DNA from: Octopus sinensis
Lineage: Eukaryota
Assembly (NCBI RefSeq): GCF_006345805.1
Contig: NC_043009.1
Span: 37,448,001-37,512,000 of the forward strand
Length of the DNA stretch: 64,000 bases
Direction of reading: 5' to 3'
Made by a program: the position numbers and the translations under genes
Notes under the pieces: model-generated
The model's database searches: none
What the model was told of the DNA's origin: nothing
Seen by the model: only the letters and a program-made list of their open reading frames with translations
In this document: positions 13,521 to 27,432 of the stretch, piece by piece
Position numbering within the stretch: position 1 is the first letter of the stretch
How the letters are laid out: each line of letters begins with the position of its first letter

Positions 13521-15643
13521 CAGTGTTTCCCAACCTTTTTTCCCGGCGCCCCACTTTTTCATAGCAAAAGTTTTTACGCCCCACCTTTTCCCATGTCCAC
13601 TCACATTTAAGTACATGTGGGCCTACTTACAATTGAAAGTACATGTGGGCCTACTTACAATTGAAAAAAAATCAAAAATTAAAAAATTGTATTCAAAATA
13701 CAAAAAAATAGTTTGAGAATTGAAACAACAGGCACTGAAAATGCATAACACCCAATAAATCGATAAAATTATTACGATTTCTCATGTTTTTAAAAAATGT
13801 CAATTTATAAAGAATAAAGAAACACGTTTTTTCAGTTCAATTATTTGACGGTCAGCTCGACTAATTTAGTGAGAACCCTGTGCCTGATGCATACAGCACA
13901 AGTTTTTAATTTGAGGAGACAACTTTGTTAATTTCAGTCGTAAATCGCCACGTCTTGTAATCTCAAGCCGGTTTCTCTTGGCTTCGAGCAAATTATCAAC
14001 TGCACTAAAACCACATTCGACCAAATAAGACGAAGGGAAAGGAATCAGTAGCTCTCTCGCTGATGTAGAAATTTTAAGATATTTTCTTTCAACCTCGTCA
14101 TATAGCCACATCTTTGTACCTTTCAATTTAAACAGTCTTCACTGATTCATCATGTTGTAATTCTGATAACTCTTCTTGGTATTGGATTGTAGCATCAGAA
14201 ACGTTAATCAGAAGCGGTTGAGTTAACCAAGAAGGAAAATTCATTGCCTTTAAATCGCAAAATCTGTCATTGAAATCCTTTATCAAGATATTTAAATGAT
14301 CAATAATTACAATGCCAGCATCATTCGTTATTTCACATTTACTCAACCAGTAAAGTTCACTGAAATTTCTTTTGGAAAATTTCTTTTTCCATAATTCGAG
14401 AGCTGTAATAAATCCAAAAATCTTTGCTTTGCATCAATAAGTGTCATGTTTGCACCTTGAAGTTGTTTATTCAAGTTTCCAAGTTTCTCAAATATGTCTG
14501 TCAAATAACTGACAAATGCTTTTCCATCCGTTGTTGACAGCAATTTCATTTCACATTTATCACTAAGAAAGTCGTTAATCTGATCAAATAATTCCATGAA
14601 CCTCTTTAAGCAGTTTCCACTTGATAGCCATCTTACTTCTGTATGAAGCAATAATCGAACATGTTCGGCACTTTGATTTATACAAAACTGCTTAAAAAGA
14701 CGTTCAGATTTAGAATTTCTTTTAAACGATTCGCAGAACAGCATCTCTTCCTGAAACTCCTCGTGGTCAATATACCTCACATAAGTCAATAACAGAGCCT
14801 CACTGTCCCGGATTGTGGATTCGTCCATTTGTAATGAAAACTTACGCAATTTTAATTTCTCAATGAGCTGGCTTTCAACATCTTGCCCCATTTCATCTAT
14901 TCTGTTCGAGACAGTGTTATTACTGAGTGGCATAGTCCTGATATCTCCATCATCTTTTTGTAATACAGTTTTTAAGAATATTGAGATAGCAGGTTTAATC
15001 AGTTGCTCTCCAATAGTGTGATTCTTTCCATGTTTTGCTATAAGCAAGGAGATTTCGTAGCTGGCTTCAAGGGCACGAGTATGAGGCGCTTGTTTTGCAT
15101 GAAATAGTGAAGTGAGTTTTGTTCGGTTTTTAAATTTTTCTTTCAATGATTTGAAGTATTCCAAATCTAAATTAGAATTATTAGGATGTCTTACCTTAAG
15201 TGCGCTTCCAGCCTACCTGCCTTCATTGACTCATTGCTCATCGTCTGATTACATAATAAGCAAAACGGTTTACGCTCATCATGCTCATCAGGAATGAATC
15301 CAAACTTCAAAAACTCCACCGCGTATTGACGAGTCTTCTTCTTGTTTGGTTTGCTCATTTTCAATAGGGCTAACAAAAGACTAATTGAGGCAAACTATTG
15401 AGGCAATTGATTGGCTTATCTGAATAGTAAGTTTATTGCTCAGTGCGGGATCTTCTTTGTCTCGCTGGGGTGCGAGAGTTTCCGATGTGGAGGCTTCAAA
15501 GGAAAGACGGAATCTAAGGTTGTGCCCGCGATGACCGCTCGTCATGTACAAATATTTTCACAGCCCACGCCTATGCCCCGCGCCCCACCTGAATTTTCTC
15601 AGGCCCCACCAGTGGGGCGTACGCCCCACCTTGGGAATCACTG
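13521..15643 (-). mobile_element. hAT transposon, Buster/Charlie subgroup, defective
   Basis: TIRs CAGTGTTTCCCAACCT / CAGTGATTCCCAAGGT; perfect 8-bp TSD CTCTACAA (nnnTAnnn); BED finger (FCLLCNQTMSNESMK), QMDEST, LLHTEVRWLSSG and FPSSYLVECGFS motifs; frameshifts and an internal deletion. Confidence 0.97.
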
Positions 15644-15689
15644 CTCTACAACGATGTCAATTTGGTACAACACCCAGGACAAAAAAATA

Positions 15690-16407
15690 AATAAAAACAA
15701 TAATGTTAATGACCACATGATTAACAATTTCCCAGGAGAAAGTCGACAATATCTAAGTTCGGACACTATAGCCGATAGAAATGATCACCAGTATCCACAG
15801 GATTTCCTTAACACACTGAAAAAGTATTGTCCTATAATGCTCCTACGAAATTTTGACCCTGCCAATGGACATTGCAACGGAACAAGATACACCGTCACGC
15901 AACTCAATTCTCACGTCATCGAGGTGGCAATAGCGATTGGCCCTCACAGTGGTAAGAACTTGTTCATATCTCGTATACCATTGGTACCCTCCGACAACCA
16001 GTTTCCCTTCCAATTACGACCCAGGCAGTTTCCCATCAAACAAGCCTTCTCATTCCAGCTAACAAATCTCAAGGCCAGACTTTAGATCGTGTTGGTGTGT
16101 TTCTGCCCATTCCGATGTTTACATACGGCCAGTTGTATGTTGCTATGAGCAGAGCAATGGACTCAGCTAATTTGAAAATTAGTGTTGATCAAACACGAAA
16201 TATCGTTTACAGAGAAGTTTTGTAAACGTAATACTATCATGCATATGTACTATGTAAAACTGTACATAAGTATAATCAAAACCAACCGTTATTTATATTT
16301 TATTACATTTCCCATGCCATATTTCAGTATAAGCACATTCATACTTAAAGTTGTTATCATTTTCCACCCTCCTTTCATTTCCCATCGTAGACGGATAGAT
16401 TTGCTAG
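15690..16407 (+). mobile_element. 3' remnant of autonomous Helitron (PIF1 helicase C-terminus and 3' end)
   Basis: PIMLLRNFDPANGHCNGTRY...RQFPIKQAF then frameshifted SQGQTLDRVGVFL...GQLYVAMSR...NIVYREVL*; degenerate hairpin cccatc-gta-gacgga followed by CTAG|T at 16404-16408. Confidence 0.92.
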
Positions 16408-16671
16408 TGTAGTTAATGCTCGGATATGAGCGTATGGAGTACATATAACTTAACCACAAGACAAACACCAGTTTCATTGACTCTCGTAAAGGTACAACAC
16501 ACACTGTAATATAATGATGCATGCAACACAACATTCTGTTGACGAAACCAAAGCTAGTAGAAACTTCAGGCAAGCAATTTGCTAAAAGCTTATTGTGTTA
16601 GGCTCAAAAGATTTACTCATCTTCAACAGTGTTGATGTCACCGAAGTTTCAAAGGATGAGAGAAGACTTAC

Positions 16672-16701
16672 GCGTGATATAGGAAAGTAGATGTATAGTT
16701 T
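16672..16701 (-). CDS. Candidate 30-nt micro-exon
   Basis: Acceptor tttctctaaatctggttttacag| and donor CACGC|GTAAGT; length divisible by 3. Confidence 0.3.
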
Positions 16702-16949
16702 CTGTAAAACCAGATTTAGAGAAAGTATACATCTAGTTTCTAAATAGAGAGAAAGTCTCATAAACAGATAAAGCTGATTGAAGGCCTTCGTGTGTAACCC
16801 GATTGAATAGAACTTTGATGAATACATTCCATGTATAGTATATTTCGTAAATCACAGAGAGTAATATGAGGGAGATTTTGCCACTGTTTTTAGCAGGTCG
16901 AGCGACCATATAGAAGATCACACAAAGGCTTGAAAATCAAGGTAGCTGT

Positions 16950-17230
16950 AAGATCTGCTACCCTCATCTATGAGATGCTAGCAGTATAAATGAAAGATTT
17001 GTAAGTGTTAGGATTCATAGAGATTTGCCTTTGGTGGGATAATACATAGGATCGTGTATTCTCGTAAGTTGGGCAACAGGTGAAGAGTTTTAATGAAGTT
17101 GGTCCAGCCTCGGCAACACATTGAGAGAAACAGGATAAAGAACATCACGGATTCTTTATTCGGGGTCAATCAGACGACACTCAATTGCACGACAAAGAGC
17201 GGAAGTGATGAGTAAGGAGTTGAAAGTAAA
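16950..17230 (-). mobile_element. Possible degenerate CR1-like LINE 3' remnant
   Basis: Weak resemblance of minus-strand sequence to CR1 ORF2 C-terminal region; no intact motif. Confidence 0.3.
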
Positions 17231-17400
17231 ACTATTTCACAAAGTCGGTGAGGCTACTTTAAGTAAGGGACACAATAAGACCTGATTTCATTGTTGGAAA
17301 CGAGTGAATTTGTAGCTTATCAAATTCGATACAAACCTATCAAACTGTTGATTAATTACCAACCCACCACCACCATCAAACTCTGCGAATGTGGCTCTCT

Positions 17401-17629
17401 TATTTCTTTATTGCCCACAACGGGCTAAACATAGAGGGGACAAACAAGGACAAAGGGATTAAGTCGATTAGATCGACCCCAGTGCGTAACTGGTACTTAT
17501 TTAATCGACCCCGAAAGGATGAAAGGCAAAGTCGACCTCGGCGGAATTTGAACTCAGAACGTAACGGCAGACGAAATACCGCTAAGCATTTCGTCCAGCG
17601 TGCAAACGTTTCTGCCAGCTCGCCGCCTT
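17401..17629 (-). mobile_element. Full-length family B SINE
   Basis: tRNA-like head aaggcggcgagctggcagaaacg...gttctgagttcaaattccgcc, body gaggtcgactttgcctttcatcctttcgggg; ~12-bp TSD atgtggctctct/atatggctctat. Confidence 0.92.
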
Positions 17630-17713
17630 ATATGGCTCTATTACCACACTGAAATAACTCTTGAACCAAATTTAATATACTGTCTCTCAATCACACACAC
17701 ACACACACACACA

Positions 17714-17762
<49 letters not shown>

Positions 17763-20700
17763 GAAAGTATGAAAATTAATTATAGTTGCTTTCTTTTCAT
17801 TGGACACGAGGACATGTCATTTTTTAGCAAAGTACGTATTTTTATACTTCATTATATAGTCTATTGACTCAGTATATAACAGGTACTTAGTTTATCCATC
17901 CCTGAGTGAGGAAAACAAAGTTTAATCAGATCCACAACACCAGCGCTTACAATTTTCCTCCTCTTCCCCCTTCTCCTCCATAGGTTTCAAAAACATTAAA
18001 TAATAGAGCACTTCGATTGACAGAACGCTGGTCCATCGGAGATAACTAGCATGTTTCCATCGGATGAATCGAATTTCCACCTGCAAGTCAACAAGATACT
18101 GATTGATTCTACAGTGTTGACAACCATTAAGAGTTAATAAACATATTTATCAATTACACAAGGAAATTCGTAAGGACAAGGAAATTCGTAAACGTTAATG
18201 ATAATCTTTGTATAGACTGGCAAGGAAACCAGCTCTGAAATCGAAACTGATTAAAAATTAAATGGCAACATGCAACTAGTGACGCGGGTGAAATCTTGTT
18301 CAATTCCTGAAACATTAAAAAGGTATAATTATGTTGGAAGGAAAAAGAAAAGCAGCAACGTTAGCTAGTGAAAATATCATTATAAACCTGAAAGTGGTGG
18401 CTTGACAGAATCGTTAGAGTGGCAGATAAATTGCTTTGTGATATTTAGTTAAGACCTTTTACGTTCTTAGTTCAAACACCACTGAGGTTACCTTTGTATT
18501 TTATCCTCCTGGGGTCAATAAAACTGGTCAAGCAGTTTTAATTGACTGTTACCGGCTGCAAAATATGAGATCTTGTATTCACGCTAGAAATCATTGTTTT
18601 AGTCGTGTCAGGGGGTGAGGGTTTGGCAAAATCGGTAAACGACTAACAAAATGTCTTGCGATATGTAATTGAGTATCTTTGCTTTTTGAATTCTAATCCA
18701 ACAAGAGTCCATTTTGCCTTCGGTACAGATAAAATAAGCACCGGCTAAGTACTGAAACCAATGTAATCGACAAAACACTCCACCCAATTTGAGGTTTTGC
18801 GCCTATGTCAGGCAGCAGTATTGATTTTTTTTTTTTTTTTTTTTTTAGGCTCGTCATATACGGAGGATAACTTTGGAAGCGTTAGCCTTATTAAGGGCCA
18901 TGGGCGAAAGTACATGGCTAGTGTACCTGCAAAAGAGGTAGATTGAATCTCTAAGTAGAGAAAGCAAATTGATTAAACATTAAAATAATTCTCAAGCGAT
19001 ATTCACACGATTAAGGGATGTTTGAATGATAGAAAGCGTTTTTACAGTTTTACACATGAAAAAAAAATTAAAGTATGATCAAAAGGAAAAAAACTGTTTT
19101 AAACTGTTTACCGGTAAATGATATTGATTTTCATTTTTGTAGTCATTGCAGTAGTACTTTTTTTCACACTAAAGTATTACTTCATATCTGCTGATGATGT
19201 AATCCCGTTTTTTTTTTTCATTTTTATTAACCGCTAGCATTTTAATCAAAATAACATCATACAGGTCAATAGTGTGTATCTTCCGCTTTAACGAATATAC
19301 ACACTGCAAAGTGCCTATATCTCTTCTTCTCAAACTAAATACTGCAAATTGCCATTGACAAGTGTAGTTCCCGACGCATCGGTGAGGTTATTGCTCTTTT
19401 CTGACTCAGATTAACGCTTACAGAGTTTAATATCGTTAAGATGTTCGCAGTTTGAAAAAGAGATAATCTTTCATATGAAAAATTTAATTTCATGCTATAA
19501 CGTGAACAAATCTAAGAACAGATAGCCTTGAAGCATAATGCTATCATGTGTAGAAATAGAAGATATAGAAGAGAAGAAAACGTAATGAAAAGTAAACAGT
19601 ATTACACCTATGACAACTAATATAAATATATTGGAAATGTAAATTTCGAAACCACAATTAACTTATGGTGGTGATGCTCCATCATGGCCACATTTTGAAG
19701 AAATGAAAATAAGTAAAAGAGTAAAAATGACAACGCAATTAAACAAAAGAAGAAATAAAAACAGCGAAAACAAATATTTGTGGAACAATGAAATGTAAAA
19801 ACTTAACTGAAACGAGAAACAACGAGGGGGTCTTTTGAAATTCAAGCCTAATTACAAAACTACAACGATAACATGAACCAAAGAAGGATCTTTTTACATA
19901 GCTGCCATTGTCTTTCTCTAATCACATCATACTGTCTTTAAAAAAAAACTGGAAGAAAATTTGGGGCAATAAAGTCTTTCAAAATTTTGCAACCAGGGCG
20001 ACCTTTCTTTCTTTCTCTCTCAAGTGCAACAAACGTTAGTCTTTCATTCCACACAACATACCAGCTTACTGAACTCTTTCTTCTACAAATTCTTATTTGT
20101 AGTAATCTTTGCTGATGTCACACACCCTCACTAGTCTCACCCGTTTCTTGGTTAATGCCCTACCCACCAAACCATTTTGCAATAATTATGGATTGTTAAT
20201 ATAGGCATAAGTGCCTGGATTTAGGATAATAGTCATAATCATCGTTCTACTGTACTAACCGACGAACGCAGTCTTTCTTCACTCACTGGAAGTTCCATTA
20301 TCAACTATTGGTCACATGGACGAATGATTAACCCTGGCCATCGGAGGGATTTCTATTCTTAGGCGAGTGGAATTTGAACTCAGAACATACAGAGACGAAA
20401 CAGATACCGAAACAGATACTCGTCTGACACTCCAGCAATTCTGTCTGCCAATACATTGCACATGACTAGTACTTTATCAACTTTGAAGGAAGAGAAAGAT
20501 ATATCGAACCGAATGTATTTTGAACTCAGAACGTAAAAGCAACGTAATTAACTATTTCAGCGCATTATGTTTGTCATTTTCTGCTTCTGCCAATGTGAAC
20601 AGTTGATTTCTCCTTTACGAGAAAAGCTTCAAAATTTATGGAACGTAAAAGTCGGAGATGTGGACTAAGTATTTGCCACAACTTATTTTATTGATCTCAG

Positions 20701-20890
20701 AAGAATGACAGAGAAAGTAGTCTGGGCGTGATTTGATCTCAGAACATTAAGATACTCAATAAAATATCATACATTATTTGGTCCGACGCTACAAAGTTTT
20801 TGCGAAACCACCGCCTCATTTTGGCGGGGGTTTTTTGCAGTCGTTAACTCTCGATTGTTCAAAAAGAACGTCAACGGTAATTGTCTCACC

Positions 20891-21124
20891 AAAGGCGGAG
20901 AGCTGGCAGAAGCGTTAGCACGCCGGGCGAAATGCTTAGCAGTATTTCGTCTGCCGCTACGTTCCGAGTTCAAATTCCGCCGAGGTTGACTTTGCTTTTC
21001 ATCCTTTCGGGGTCGATTAAATGAGTACCAGTTACGCACTGGGGTCGATATAATTGACTTAATCCGTTTATCTGTCCTTGTTTGTCCTCTCTGTATTTAG
21101 CCCTTTGTGGGTGGTAAAGAAATA
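20891..21124 (+). mobile_element. Full-length family B SINE
   Basis: Same consensus as 17401; TSD ggtaattgtctcac (20876-89) / ggtaattatctcaa (21125-38). Confidence 0.92.
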
Positions 21125-21627
21125 GGTAATTATCTCAACAGTCTCATTGTCTCACAGCAAATTTTGACAGTGATGTCAATATGGTCTTACATACCCAGAT
21201 CACAGCCTAGTTTGACTGCTTTTTATGAATATTTTAACTGAGCCACCGACACGACATATATGTGATACAATTTTAAATAGAGTTACAATTGTATATGCAA
21301 TAAACATATTTAATCGTAATGATTCGATTACTTCAGCCAGAATGCTAACAGAAAATAGTAGGCATTGCTTTTAAAATGTAAGGCATGATAGTCTAAGCAC
21401 AACCTGGTCAAAGCTAATCATGATCGGAGTAAGAACGACCTTATGGACAAAGTCATCGTAGCTGGCCGTAATCAGCGTAAATGTAAGACAACGGCAAAAC
21501 TCAAAATACACGACCACATACACATATGCTTGCGAACATGAGAAGAAAGAGACCTACAACAGAACTGCAAACGGCCAGCCCAAATTTAACATACAATACA
21601 CTACACATGTTCATATACAGAGTCAAA

Positions 21628-22014
21628 TCTCTCTCTATATAAACGGCAGTTTGTCTGTGCGTGTTTCTGTGTGTCTGTTTGCTTGTACCCTCACTCTGAC
21701 CACGGCTTTCAACCGATTCTGATGAAACTTGACACACACATAGCCCAATGTCATAATTCAAAACTAACGCAGCGAAAATTTTGAAAAGTTCCCCCAGTTC
21801 TGAAAAAAATCGATAAATTCGATATGGGGTCGAGAATAAAAAAAAACAAACCACAGACTGTCTAGGGGACGCAACTCAACCTTTTTTTACTCTCAAAAAA
21901 AAATTTACCATCATTTTTTTTCCATTTTTTTGCTATTTTTTGGCTATAACTCTCTAAAAATGCTTTATAGTTATTTCCCTTACAAACCTGAGCAACGCCG
22001 GGCGATACTGCTAG
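21628..22014 (+). mobile_element. Non-autonomous Helitron
   Basis: A|TC 5' end, cctgagcaacgccggg hairpin, CTAG|T 3' end. Confidence 0.85.
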
Positions 22015-22198
22015 TATAATATAAGCTTGTACCAAAATACGCACATACACAAACAATCGTTTGAACGATATGCATTGAGGATAAAAATGCCAGCCTTGAC
22101 CATAACACATACGAGTACGCGCACTTACATTCACACTTACAAATATATTTATACATATACACACACAATCACAGCTAGCGATCTACATTAATATATAT

Positions 22199-23491
22199 AT
22201 ATCAAACTAAAGTTATTGAACAAACAAATGCAAGGTCATTCGCACAACATTTCATAATTCGAACATTTAATCATAGAATATACATATAAACATCCCGCAA
22301 GATGGAACATAATTCATCTGTACAAGCATACAAGCATATAATATTAATAAGGTGCGAGAAAAAACATTTTTTTTTTTCATCACAGTTTAGAGTTAATACT
22401 TTAGCGATTCAGAAAAATACATTTTTGGGGGCTATCCGAGCATGAATGCCTCAATAGGAAAGCAAACAACATTGTGCTGGCTTGGTACGCGATGATGTCT
22501 ATCTTTATGTACATATATTTTTTTCCCCTGACGAAGGAGGTATTATCTGGATACACCCTAGTGCTTTAAACATAATACACCCCTGAAATGGCCATAGGGA
22601 TAAGTAAATATGGTTCCCTTTTTAACTATAAGGCTTCTTTTACTTGAATAATTATTTAATAAGATTTCTAAACGATGAACTTTTATTTTATTTACATGAT
22701 ATATATTATATATTTTTTATATGCTCCTATATGTATATATATACTCTTTACTCTTTACTCTTTTACTCTTTTACTTGTTTCAGTCATTTGACTGCGGCCA
22801 TGCTGGAGCACCGCCTTTAGTCGAGCAAATCGACCCCGGGACTTATTCTTTGTAAGCCCAGTGCTTATTCAATCGGTCTCTTTTGCCGAACGCTAAGTGA
22901 CGGGGACGTAAACACACCAGCATCGGTTGTCAAGCAATGCTAGGGGACAAACACAGACACACAATCACACACACACACATATATATATATACATATATAC
23001 GACAGGCTTCTTTCAGTTTCCGTCTACCAAATCCACTCACAAGGCATTGGTCGGCCCGGGCCTATAGCAGAAGACACTTGCCCAAGAGGCCACGCAGTGG
23101 GACTGAACCCGGAACCATGTGGTTGGTTAGCAAGCTACTTACCACACAGCCACTCCTATATATTTTATATATATTTTATATATTTTTATATACCTATATA
23201 TTTTTATATATTACTTTATATTATATTTTTACTTTCTAGGTGTTGTAATGTTTTTTTTTTTTTAATGTATTTTTCTGAATCGCTAAAGTATTAACTCTAA
23301 ACTGTGATGAAAAAAAAATTTTTTTTTTCTCGCACCTTATTATTATTATTATATGCTTGTATGCTTGTACAGATGAATTATGTTCCATCTTGCGGGATGT
23401 TTATATGTATATTCTATGATTAAATGTTCGAATTATGAAATGATATGCGGATGACCTTGCATTTGTTTGTTCAATAACTTTAGTTTGATAT
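22199..23491. mobile_element. Foldback/MITE-like element with ~225-bp TIRs
   Basis: 22199-22422 is the near-exact reverse complement of 23265-23491. Confidence 0.85.
22743..23158 (-). mobile_element. Full-length family A SINE inserted inside the foldback element
   Basis: Head ggagtggctgtgtggtaag...ccgggttcagtccc, CORE-like cttgggcaagtgtcttct, internal (TA/CA)n, (gtaaaaga)n tail. Confidence 0.93.
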
Positions 23492-23576
23492 TTTGTCTCT
23501 TTCAATAGAGCACTTCTATAGCAGTCCTATTAATCTTTTTGTTCCTGACAAGAAACAATCACTGTATTATTGATAT

Positions 23577-23618
<42 letters not shown>

Positions 23619-23917
23619 CGATGAATAAATAGCTTTGCGTAAATCATTGGTTCGTTTTGCTCTCTTACTTTATTATCACCTTATAATCATCTCATAATAA
23701 TGACTTTTATGACTCGTATTACTATTTATATAATGTATATATTTGTCGTTACCTGTCATAAATAGCCTTTTTCTATTTGCAATATGCATTTTCGTTGATT
23801 TTTCATATTTTACCCTTACATTTCCACGTGTATTTTATATTTTATATTTTCTTTTCGTAACATATTTCTACTATATATATATATATATCTATATATATAT
23901 ACATAAATATATATATA

Positions 23918-24046
<129 letters not shown>

Positions 24047-24208
24047 TATATATATATATATGTGTATGTATATATATATGATGAAACTATATGATTTCTG
24101 ATGAAACTACAGGAGTAGTTGAAAGCGCTTATATAAAGAAAGAATATGTGATATGTAAATAAATATATTTTTTTACAACCATCCAGCATTCTGAACACCT
24201 TTTTTCTC

Positions 24209-24281
<73 letters not shown>

Positions 24282-24733
24282 TAAGCAAACAAAAAGTCAT
24301 TAATTAGTTTAACAGTTAATTTCAACAAGCTGCACCTCTTCACCACATTATTGACCTTTCGTTATTGGCCAAAACATGTTTCGAACGCATTAGCAAAACA
24401 CACTCAACCACGAAATATCACATACAATATCAAACACTCCTTAGCTCATCCATAAATAAGTATATCCTTAACTGGTTTTACGGTTAGATTTCGTATGGCT
24501 CACACGCATCAGCAAACACATCGTTAAAAATTCCCTAACTTTGATCAAAACCATCAACCAAAACATCTATATTGACAAACGCAGTTGTGATACATACCAA
24601 ACAAACCTGACAAAAACCTACAAACAGCATTAATTAGATTACCAGATAAATATACAATGCAATAAAATAAAAACAATAAAACAACGGAAGGTAAATGAAC
24701 ATTTGTAAGGAAAATACAATATAAACAATACAT

Positions 24734-24814
<81 letters not shown>

Positions 24815-24818
<4 letters not shown>

Positions 24819-25560
24819 ATACATATATGGCGACTGAAGGAGGGTAAAACGAAGTACAACATTAATTGGTCCAAAATTAGACGTGCAAAACCATACAATG
24901 TAATTTCCAGGAGATGCCGTCTCTGCTCCGAGGAATCCCTATCTATTCTGTGGACTAACGGGAAGATAATTAATTGAATTTCTGAACGACTATCGAGATG
25001 CCTCTACGCATATAAATGTACTTTCGCACAAAGCAGTAAGAATGAATTTTGAGTAACCGTTGACTCAATGTAATTTAATTTACTTTAAGGTATGGATGAC
25101 TTAAGTTTACTTTTAACCTCCCGATTCTTCTAAACCCAAGTAAATAACTAACTCGCTTTGTGATCATGAGTGCACCACACCTCACATATTTTCTGATGCT
25201 TGTATGAGCGTGTACTCGTGCCATATCTGTTAACGGTTATTTTCAGTACTTCTCTCGCTGTATTTTGTGTTCGTTTCTCATTTTGTCTTCTGCAATTTTA
25301 TTTTTGATCTTCTATATATATGAAGATTTTTACTCCGTCTGGCTATTTTTCTCTCTACAAAACGGAAAGTTACATTGTGGAACAGTCATTTTAACGAGTT
25401 GTTTTTATTTAATTATCACCCGACGAGATACATCTGCACCACTGGATGCTCCTGAACCAGTTGTTGAGTGTCCCACCCATGAAGAATCGATGCTAGATGT
25501 ATTGAAACAATTGTCGTGATTAATAATAAATTCTGGTATATTCCATCTTCTGTCTTTCAT
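24815..25560 (+). mobile_element. Penelope-like element 3' remnant (GIY-YIG C-terminus and pLTR)
   Basis: HIWRLKEGKTKYNINWSKIRRAKPYNVISRRCRLCSEE resembles the PLE GIY-YIG C-terminus; hammerhead motif downstream. Confidence 0.85.
25415..25520 (+). ncRNA. Type I hammerhead ribozyme motif with extended stem II
   Basis: atcac-CCGACGA-gatacatct...agatgtatt-GAAAC-AATT-GTC-gtgat. Confidence 0.8.
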
Positions 25561-25564
25561 TTGT

Positions 25565-25616
<52 letters not shown>

Positions 25617-25620
25617 GTTG

Positions 25621-25652
<32 letters not shown>

Positions 25653-25691
25653 ATGTATGTATGTATGTATGTATGTATGCATATATCTACA

Positions 25692-26016
25692 AAAGAGATT
25701 TGTTGTATAAAACCGGAACAATGCGAGAAGATATAAAATAAACTACAGAAAGAAAATAAAACAAAACAAAGTTGTAGGCTTACTTTATATTTCTATATTT
25801 TGGATGTATGACCCCTTTTTCAAGTGATGTAGAAAAGCGAATAGAAAAGGGTCATTGCTCAGATGTAAGGAGACAAAAGATGAAGGTGATAGTCCCGAAA
25901 TATATATAGAAATATAAGGTAAAACTACAATTTTTGTTCTGTGCTGTTTTCTTTTCTTTTTGTTGTTTGCTTTATATCTTCTCGCATTGTTCAGGCTTTA
26001 CACAATAAATCTCTTT
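25692..26016. repeat. Imperfect inverted repeat (~130-bp arms), possibly a PLE-type inverted pair
   Basis: aacaatgcgagaagatataaa / tttatatcttctcgcattgtt arms; degenerate gATGA...GAAAT in the centre. Confidence 0.7.
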
Positions 26017-26583
26017 AAAGTACGATCGCACAATGCTTCACCAAAACTACTCCATTTTAATACATACAGATACGCACATACGCACGTTTGTATTTTATTA
26101 CGTTGTATATTTTTCTCGTAATCTAATTAACGCTCTGTGTGGGGGGGGGATGTGTGTGTGTGTGTGTTTGTGTGTGTACATATACATATAGTGTTGTAAG
26201 AGTTCTGGACGGAAGATTACGGTGAAAGACTCCAGTCGCGATCTATATTTCAACATTTCTTGACGCAGTCATAATAGTTGAAGATTTTCTTAAAATATAA
26301 ATCATTATTTACATAAGAAAATTTTTAAAAAACAAAAAAAAACAGAATGATAGAATGTTTTGGATAGAAATTTTCGTTTCCTTCCAAAAGATTAATGCCA
26401 TTCTGATTTTATTTTTAACATTTTTTCGTGTACAAATAATAATCTTAATTTTAAGAAAATCTTTCTTCATATACATACATACGTACGTATGTATATATGT
26501 GTATGCGTGTGTATATGTGTGTGTATATATGTAATATATGCATTGTGTGACTGTATGTATACATATGTATGTGTATATATATA

Positions 26584-26640
<57 letters not shown>

Positions 26641-26672
26641 TGTGTGTATGTATGAATATGTGTGTGTGTATT

Positions 26673-26998
26673 TACTCTTTTACTCTTTTACTTGTTTCAG
26701 TCATCTGACTGTGGCCATGCTGGAGCACCGCCTTTAGTCGAGCAAATTGAGCCCAGGGACATAAGCATACCAGCATCGGTTGTCAAGTGATGTTGAGGGG
26801 ACAAACACAGACACACAAACATATATACACATATATACAACGGGCTTCTTTCAGTTTCCGTCTACCAAATCCACTCACAAGGCTTTGGTCGGCCCGAGGC
26901 TATAGTAGAAGACACTTGCCCAAGGTGCCACGCAGTGGGACTGAACCCGGAACCATATGGTTGGTAAGCAAGCTACTTACCACACAGCCACTCCTACG
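26673..26998 (-). mobile_element. Family A SINE with internal deletion
   Basis: Head and tail match consensus; central segment missing near 26760. Confidence 0.9.
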
Positions 26999-27432
26999 CT
27001 ATTTATTTATTTATTTATTTATTTATTTATAATATATACTCTGTAAACATATGAAGTTAAAGTTAGCTTATTTGGCAATGACATTCACTGTAATGGAGAA
27101 GCAAAAAGAGTAAAACGGCTTTCAAATAGAAATCGAGACAGGGCGCGCTCACTCCCCCTCTCCCTCTCCCTTTTCTCACTCTCTCTCTCCCACCTCTCTC
27201 TTTCTCTCTCTGTCTCTCTCGCACTGATCCACATTATACTCTTATGATTAAGATGAAGGAGACATGCTAACATTTTTATGTTTCTTCTTTTTCATCCGCA
27301 ACATATGAACAGTAATTTTCAACAAATAATCAGTTTGTTGTCAGTTAACGAAAAATTTTCACTAATTTTACTTTACAACCACAGAGAGACAGACAGACAG
27401 ACGGAGAAAGAGAGAGAGCATACATGCATGCA

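Noticed and set aside
15411-16085. 224-aa ORF
   Set aside because: Chimeric read-through from the hAT end into the Helitron helicase remnant
17950-18090. Exon-like segments on both strands
   Set aside because: No frame compatible with the other candidates and no recognisable homology
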